A stretch of DNA of 19,444 nucleotides from Bdellovibrionales bacterium (GTDB taxonomy: Bacteria > Bdellovibrionota > Bdellovibrionia > Bdellovibrionales > UBA1609), in contig JBFWVI010000013.1 in assembly GCA_050246815.1 (NCBI GenBank), positions 1 to 19,444 of the forward strand, written 5' to 3'. Below, one piece after another: positions 14,628 through 19,444 of this stretch. Within the stretch, counting starts at the first letter, position 1, and each line of letters opens with the position of its first letter. The position numbers and the translations under genes were made by a program. The notes beneath the pieces were generated by a model. It ran no database searches. It was given only the letters and a program-made list of their open reading frames with translations, and was not told where the DNA came from.

Positions 14628-14697
14628 GTCTCTGATTCATCGGCTCAATCTGGCACGGAGCGCAGTCAAAAATAAATAAGCTCGACCAAGGGTGAGA

Positions 14698-15444
14698 TTA
14701 AATATGGGATCTGTAAGCGTACATCGCGATACTTGCCGCGCTAACCGCATTTAAAGATTCCACACGCGGGCTTATGGGTATGCGAACCGAATTTTGGCGC
14801 AGTTCACTGGGCAGCCCTGGACCTTCTTCGCCGAAGAGCAATCGAACATCGGCCTGCCATTTGTAGTCGCGTAGGTCTTGCCCGGCCTGGTCAAAAGCTA
14901 CCAAATGTTTAGCGATCAAGGGATCGCTTAAATCTTTTAGGCTGGGGCCGCGGGCGAAATTCATGTCGATCACGGTACTGCTGCTGCTGCGGACCGCTTT
15001 GGGGTGAAAGGGCGTGGCGGATTCAGTCAACAAAATCACTTTGGCAGCTTCGAAGGCGGTGGCCACACGAATCAGTGCGCCGACATTTTGTGGATCACCT
15101 AAAGCGCAAATCACTTCTAGGCCTTTGGGTGGCTGAGTCAGATCGGCTTCGGCAATCTCGGGCAAATGCATCACCAAAAGTGGGGAGTGAGTGCCGGATT
15201 CGTCCAGCTCTTTAAATAAGGGCGCGGTGAGATTAAAGACAGGGACTCCGGCCGGAACCTTTAATTCGACCGCATCCCCCGAAACCAAAACCGCATCCAC
15301 GCGTTTGCGTGCGCTGAATAAAACCTCAGGTACGGTCTTTCGTCCGCTCAACAAAAAGCGCTGATGCTTTTTGATGCCGCGGCCTTCAAGCAAATCGCAC
15401 CACTGGCGAAACTGCGGATTTTTTTGGCTTGTGATGGTCTTCAT
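14698..15444 (-). CDS. TrmH/SpoU family (SPOUT) RNA 2'-O-methyltransferase
   Basis: MKTITSQKNPQFR N-terminus and SPOUT motifs DPQNVGALIR, LLFGEEGPGL, IPISPRVESLNAVSAASIAMY. Confidence 0.93.
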   Translation of the reverse strand: MKTITSQKNPQFRQWCDLLEGRGIKKHQRFLLSGRKTVPEVLFSARKRVDAVLVSGDAVELKVPAGVPVFNLTAPLFKELDESGTHSPLLVMHLPEIAEADLTQPPKGLEVICALGDPQNVGALIRVATAFEAAKVILLTESATPFHPKAVRSSSSTVIDMNFARGPSLKDLSDPLIAKHLVAFDQAGQDLRDYKWQADVRLLFGEEGPGLPSELRQNSVRIPISPRVESLNAVSAASIAMYAYRSHI

Positions 15445-16157
15445 GTCTGTGGCTCAAGCTTAGGTGTTTTGATTTTTTTGTAAACCACTAGGCGTCGCTG
15501 GTGCGGCGTTTTGGGCAGATCGTATTGCACGTCTTGCACCAACTCGAAATATTCGCCCCACTCGCGTTTGGCTTCGCGAATTTCGGGTTCAACATTGGGC
15601 CCTTTCATCAAAAAGACTTGGCCACCAATTTCAAGGCTTTGCGATACATTCTTCAAAGTTTGCCCGATGACTTCGACAGCGCGAGTGATGGCGCCTTTCA
15701 CGGGGTACACGAAGCTTGAGTCAATGTTACGGCCGATGATGTCCAGGTTTTCCAATTTCATTTCTTCGCGTACGGCTTTTAAAAAATCCACTCTGCGTTT
15801 TACTCCTTCAGCCAAGATGATCTTGTCATTGGGAAACATAATTTTTAAAGGGATTCCGGGAAACCCCGCGCCGGTTCCTATATCAAGAAGTGGAAACATC
15901 AATTTGGTGTGCCGGGTGATGATCAGGCTATCGATAAAATGCTTGATGGCCACATCACGAAATTTGGTGAGGCGAGTGACGTTGTCGGTCAGTTGATGGG
16001 TCATCAGTAGATGGTAAAATTCAGCCAAACGAACGCGTTGGGCGTGCGGAAAATCGCCAAAACCGTGATTGCGAAAGATATCCTGCAGACGATCGTTTGC
16101 CTGTTCGACGCTAAAAATAACTTCCGGCTTGCGGTGCAATCGTTTCATCCCGCCCAT
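15441..16157 (-). CDS. rsmG: 16S rRNA (guanine527-N7)-methyltransferase RsmG/GidB family
   Basis: NVTRL...KHFIDSL, LLDIGTGAGFPGIPLKI, KRVDFL, ITRAV, LMKG. 4-nt overlap with the TrmH gene. Start is ATG 16157 or 16148. Confidence 0.9.
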   Translation of the reverse strand: MGGMKRLHRKPEVIFSVEQANDRLQDIFRNHGFGDFPHAQRVRLAEFYHLLMTHQLTDNVTRLTKFRDVAIKHFIDSLIITRHTKLMFPLLDIGTGAGFPGIPLKIMFPNDKIILAEGVKRRVDFLKAVREEMKLENLDIIGRNIDSSFVYPVKGAITRAVEVIGQTLKNVSQSLEIGGQVFLMKGPNVEPEIREAKREWGEYFELVQDVQYDLPKTPHQRRLVVYKKIKTPKLEPQT

Positions 16158-16214
16158 ATAGCGCGTTAAAGCCCAGAAAGAGAATCATTCCATCCTGTTA
16201 ACGCGCCGCCCAAT

Positions 16215-16243
16215 TTGCCTTTTAGGGCGTCCTTCGGTAGTAA
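16215..16243 (+). promoter_or_regulatory. Candidate sigma70-type promoter for pheST
   Basis: TTGCCT (16215-16220), 17-bp spacer, TAGTAA (16238-16243). pheS needs its own promoter because the upstream genes are divergent. Confidence 0.4.
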
Positions 16244-16275
16244 TAAGACTTCCATCGACCGGAGGCCCCTTCATC

Positions 16276-17292
16276 GTGAAAGAAAAGCTGAACAGTCTTG
16301 TCGAAAAAGCCGTGGCTGAGGTTCAGGCTGCCGCGGATTCGCGAGCTTTGTATGACATTAAGGTCCGCTACTTAGGCAAACAGGGTGAGTTGTCTTTAAT
16401 CATGCAGGGCATGGGGCAATTGCCCAAGGAAGAGCGCCCTCAGTTCGGAAAAATCGTAAATGAACAAAAGGTAAAGCTTGAAGAGGTCTTCGCGACCAAA
16501 GAGATCACATTAAAGCAAAACGAGTTGGCGGCCAAGGTGGCGGGTGAGCGCCTGGATTTAACTTTGCCTGGGCCATGGCGAGCAGAAGGGTCTCGGCATC
16601 CGATCTATCTCATTATTAATGAAATCGTCAGTATTCTTTCTCGCATCGGCTACGCGGTTCGCTTGGGGCCGCAGATCGAGCAGGATTTTTTCAACTTTGA
16701 AGCTTTGAATATTCCCGCAGATCACCCTGCCCGGGATCTGCAGGACACTTTTTATATCGACGATTCCCACGTGCTGCGAACGCACACATCGCCGGTTCAG
16801 ATTCACACCATGATGAAAGAGAAACCGCCAATGCGGGTTCTGGCTCCGGGGTCGGTGTTTCGTTGTGACAGTGATATTTCCCATTCGCCGAATTTTCATC
16901 AAATCGAAGGCATGTTGATCGATCGGCATGTTTCCATGGCTGACTTGAAAGGTACGATTGCTTATTTTATTCGCGAGCTTTTTGGTTCAAGCATGAAAAT
17001 TCGCTTTCGCCCGAGTTTTTTTCCATTCACTGAACCCTCGGCAGAATTCGACTGTTCATGCCCAATATGCAAGGGCAAGGGCTGCCGAATGTGTAAGCAG
17101 TCAGGCTGGATCGAGATTGGCGGTTGCGGGTTGATTAATCCCAAAGTTTTGGAAGCCACCAAGATTGATCCGGATGAGTGGCAAGGCTTTGCGTTTGGCT
17201 TTGGTATTGAGCGCATGGCGATCACGCGCTACGGGATCGACGACATCCGTTTGTTCAACGAAAATGATGTGCGCTTCTTAAGGCAGTTTTAA
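16276..17292 (+). CDS. pheS: Phenylalanine--tRNA ligase alpha subunit
   Basis: [68 protein letters not shown] start with GGAGG at 16261-16265. Confidence 0.99.
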   Translation: MKEKLNSLVEKAVAEVQAAADSRALYDIKVRYLGKQGELSLIMQGMGQLPKEERPQFGKIVNEQKVKLEEVFATKEITLKQNELAAKVAGERLDLTLPGPWRAEGSRHPIYLIINEIVSILSRIGYAVRLGPQIEQDFFNFEALNIPADHPARDLQDTFYIDDSHVLRTHTSPVQIHTMMKEKPPMRVLAPGSVFRCDSDISHSPNFHQIEGMLIDRHVSMADLKGTIAYFIRELFGSSMKIRFRPSFFPFTEPSAEFDCSCPICKGKGCRMCKQSGWIEIGGCGLINPKVLEATKIDPDEWQGFAFGFGIERMAITRYGIDDIRLFNENDVRFLRQF

Positions 17293-17294
17293 TT

Positions 17295-19444
17295 ATGAAA
17301 ATCTCTTTGTTGTGGTTGAATGACTACGTCGATGTGAAAGAATTTTTAAATGACGCCAAGCCTTTGGCGGATAAGTTGACTGCTGCCGGTCTGGAGGTCG
17401 AAAGCGTCACCGACATGGGCAAACAATTCGCCAATGTGGTGGTGGGTAAAATCATCGAGCTGGGTAAACACCCCAATGCCGATCGTTTGACAGTTTGTCA
17501 GGTTGACACGGGTGAGGGAAAAGCCCGTCAAATCGTTTGTGGCGCGAAGAATCACAAGCAAGGTGATTTTGTGGTCGCGGCTTTGCCAGGGGCGGTTTTG
17601 CCTGGTGATTTTGCCATTAAAGAATCCAAAATACGCGAGATTGAAAGCAAAGGTATGCTTTGTTCTGAAGTGGAATTGGGTTTGAAGAGCGAGAGCGAAG
17701 GGATTTTGATTCTTCCCAAGGATGCTCCGGTAGGAAAAGCGTTTGCGAGCTATTTTGGTTTGCAAGACGTGGTTCTGGAAATCAATGTGACTCCGAACCG
17801 CGCCGATTGTTTGTCGCACTTAGGTTTGGCCCGCGAAATTGGCTGCTTGCTGGATCGCGCAGTGAATTTGCCTAAGCCCAAATTGAAGGCGGGCGCCGCG
17901 ATCACCAAAAAGACCATCGCCGTTTCATTAAATGAAAGCAAAATGTGTCCGCGTTACGCCGGCCGTGTGATCAGGGGAGTGAAAGTAGGGCCTTCGCCGG
18001 ATTGGTTGAAACAACGCTTGCGCGCTGTGGACATCAACTCAATCAACAATGTGGTGGATGTGACCAACTATGTGATGCTTGAACTTGGTCAGCCGTTGCA
18101 CGCTTTTGATGTGCGCTCACTTAAAAGTTCCAAGATCATCATCGAAAAAGCCAAAGCAGGCGAAAAATTCATTTCGTTTGATAGCAGTGAGATGAAACTT
18201 AGTGGTGACGAGTTGACCATTCGCGATGGCGAGCGGGCAGTGGCTTTGGCCGGTATTGTGGGTGGTAAAAATTCAGGCGTTGAAAACAGCACTACGGATT
18301 TGTTCATTGAAGCGGCCCACTTCACTGCAGAAGCGGTTCGCCGCACGATGCGTCGCCTTGGCGTTCAAACTGATTCGGCCTATCGTTTTTCGCGCGGCAC
18401 GGATCCTGACGGCGTGGTGCGCGCCTTGGAGCGCGCTTGCGGATTGTTGCAAGAAGTGGCGGGGGGCGAGGTTGCTTCGGATCACTACGACGAATATCCA
18501 AGGCCCATTCGTCGTGAAAGCATTGAAGTCAGTGTCAGCTATGTTTCGCAGCGTTTAGGCTATGAGGTCACAGCCAAAGAATTGGGCCGATGTTTGGAGC
18601 AATTGGGTTGTGGCGTAAAGGCAATGGGCAAAGAAGCTTTTGTGGTCGAACCACCTGCATATCGCTGGGACTTGAATCATAAGACCGATTTGGTGGAAGA
18701 ATTTGGCCGCCTGAAAGGCTATGATGCGATTCCAGAAAAATTTCCAGCGCTGAGCTATCAGCCGCTGCAGCATGAATCGCAATTTTTGCTCGAGAATTTG
18801 CTGGCCGATAAGGTTCAGGCCGCTGGATTTCAACAGGCGGTGAACTATGGATTTGTCAGCTCGAACTGGCAAAAACAGGTTTTGGCTGGGCAGGGTTATC
18901 AAGAGGCCGGGGTTGAAATCGTAACTGAACCGGTGATGCTGAAAAATCCGCTGAACGAAGAATTAGATGTGATGCGGGTCAGTTTATTGCCGGGGCTTTT
19001 CAAAAATGCCCTTCACAACTACCGCTATGGCAATGAAATCGGCCGACTTTTTGAACTTGGTTATGTGTTTGGTAAGGCCGAGCAAGGCTACAGGCAAACC
19101 CCACGTTTAAGTTTGGTGGCTTGGGGACAAAAACAAGCGCTGTGGAATCAGGCCGACAAGCGTTCGGTGGTGTATGATTTGAAAGGAGCTTTAGAAAGTG
19201 TGCTCGAAAAGCTCAATATCACCAACTACCAGTGGCAAACTTTAAAGAACGTGCCGTCGTTATTTCACCCGGTGCAAACAGTGGCTTTGTTCTGCGAAGG
19301 GCGAGCGGTGGGGATTGTGGGCGCCCTTCATCCGGCATTGGTCGAAAGCGAAAAACTGCGCATCACTTTGGCGTTGGCCGAACTTGATTTTGACAAGCTT
19401 ATGCGTGGGCAACCGCGTTTACCTAAGGCGCAAAGCTTGGCGAA
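17295..19444 (+). CDS. pheT: Phenylalanine--tRNA ligase beta subunit, 3'-truncated by the window edge
   Basis: Absent from the ORF track, presumably because there is no stop in the window. ATG 17295 gives MKISLLWLNDYV...GLEVE...KHPNADRLTVCQVD...IVCGAKN...SKGMLCSEVELGL, then TPNRADCLS and INNVVDVTNYVMLELGQPLHAFD. The same frame still reads ELDFDKL...SLA at the window end. Confidence 0.98.
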   Translation, partial: MKISLLWLNDYVDVKEFLNDAKPLADKLTAAGLEVESVTDMGKQFANVVVGKIIELGKHPNADRLTVCQVDTGEGKARQIVCGAKNHKQGDFVVAALPGAVLPGDFAIKESKIREIESKGMLCSEVELGLKSESEGILILPKDAPVGKAFASYFGLQDVVLEINVTPNRADCLSHLGLAREIGCLLDRAVNLPKPKLKAGAAITKKTIAVSLNESKMCPRYAGRVIRGVKVGPSPDWLKQRLRAVDINSINNVVDVTNYVMLELGQPLHAFDVRSLKSSKIIIEKAKAGEKFISFDSSEMKLSGDELTIRDGERAVALAGIVGGKNSGVENSTTDLFIEAAHFTAEAVRRTMRRLGVQTDSAYRFSRGTDPDGVVRALERACGLLQEVAGGEVASDHYDEYPRPIRRESIEVSVSYVSQRLGYEVTAKELGRCLEQLGCGVKAMGKEAFVVEPPAYRWDLNHKTDLVEEFGRLKGYDAIPEKFPALSYQPLQHESQFLLENLLADKVQAAGFQQAVNYGFVSSNWQKQVLAGQGYQEAGVEIVTEPVMLKNPLNEELDVMRVSLLPGLFKNALHNYRYGNEIGRLFELGYVFGKAEQGYRQTPRLSLVAWGQKQALWNQADKRSVVYDLKGALESVLEKLNITNYQWQTLKNVPSLFHPVQTVALFCEGRAVGIVGALHPALVESEKLRITLALAELDFDKLMRGQPRLPKAQSLA

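Noticed and set aside
14651..14666. Sigma54 promoter at TGGCACGGAGCGCAGT
   Set aside because: The -24 TGGCAC is present but there is no TTGC at the required -12 spacing, and it points into the 3' end of a minus-strand gene.
16244..16275. pheM-like attenuator or T-box before pheS
   Set aside because: The leader is only ~25-30 nt, with no Phe-rich uORF and no terminator.
17346..18902. Short listed ORFs after pheS, suggesting a fragmented or pseudogenised region
   Set aside because: All are shadows of pheT, whose start and end segments are in the same frame from 17295 to the window edge.

Overview
Bacterial chromosomal window built around the conserved thrS-infC-rpmI-rplT-pheS-pheT translation cluster, which is interrupted twice. 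An oppositely oriented, signal-peptide-bearing class I glutamine amidotransferase-like (BPL_N-type) gene sits between infC and rpmI. Between rplT and pheS lie a tightly coupled five-gene mevalonate block (type 2 IPP isomerase, class II HMG-CoA reductase, phosphomevalonate kinase-like GHMP kinase, diphosphomevalonate decarboxylase, mevalonate kinase) and three minus-strand genes (secreted hypothetical, TrmH/SpoU methyltransferase, rsmG). The first 3.6 kb is accessory: a 5'-truncated hypothetical, a signal peptide + FeeM/LuxI-like GNAT protein, a secreted hypothetical and a divergent TetR regulator with a paired operator. Gene content and style suggest Bdellovibrionota (inference, not verified). 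Signals not visible in the ORF track: the AUU start of infC, a structured candidate L20 leader before rpmI, a tandem REP-like hairpin at the infC end, a uORF in the thrS leader, and a recurring terminal C-[DN]-x-x-L motif in accessory proteins. No tRNA, rRNA, CRISPR array or transposase was seen.
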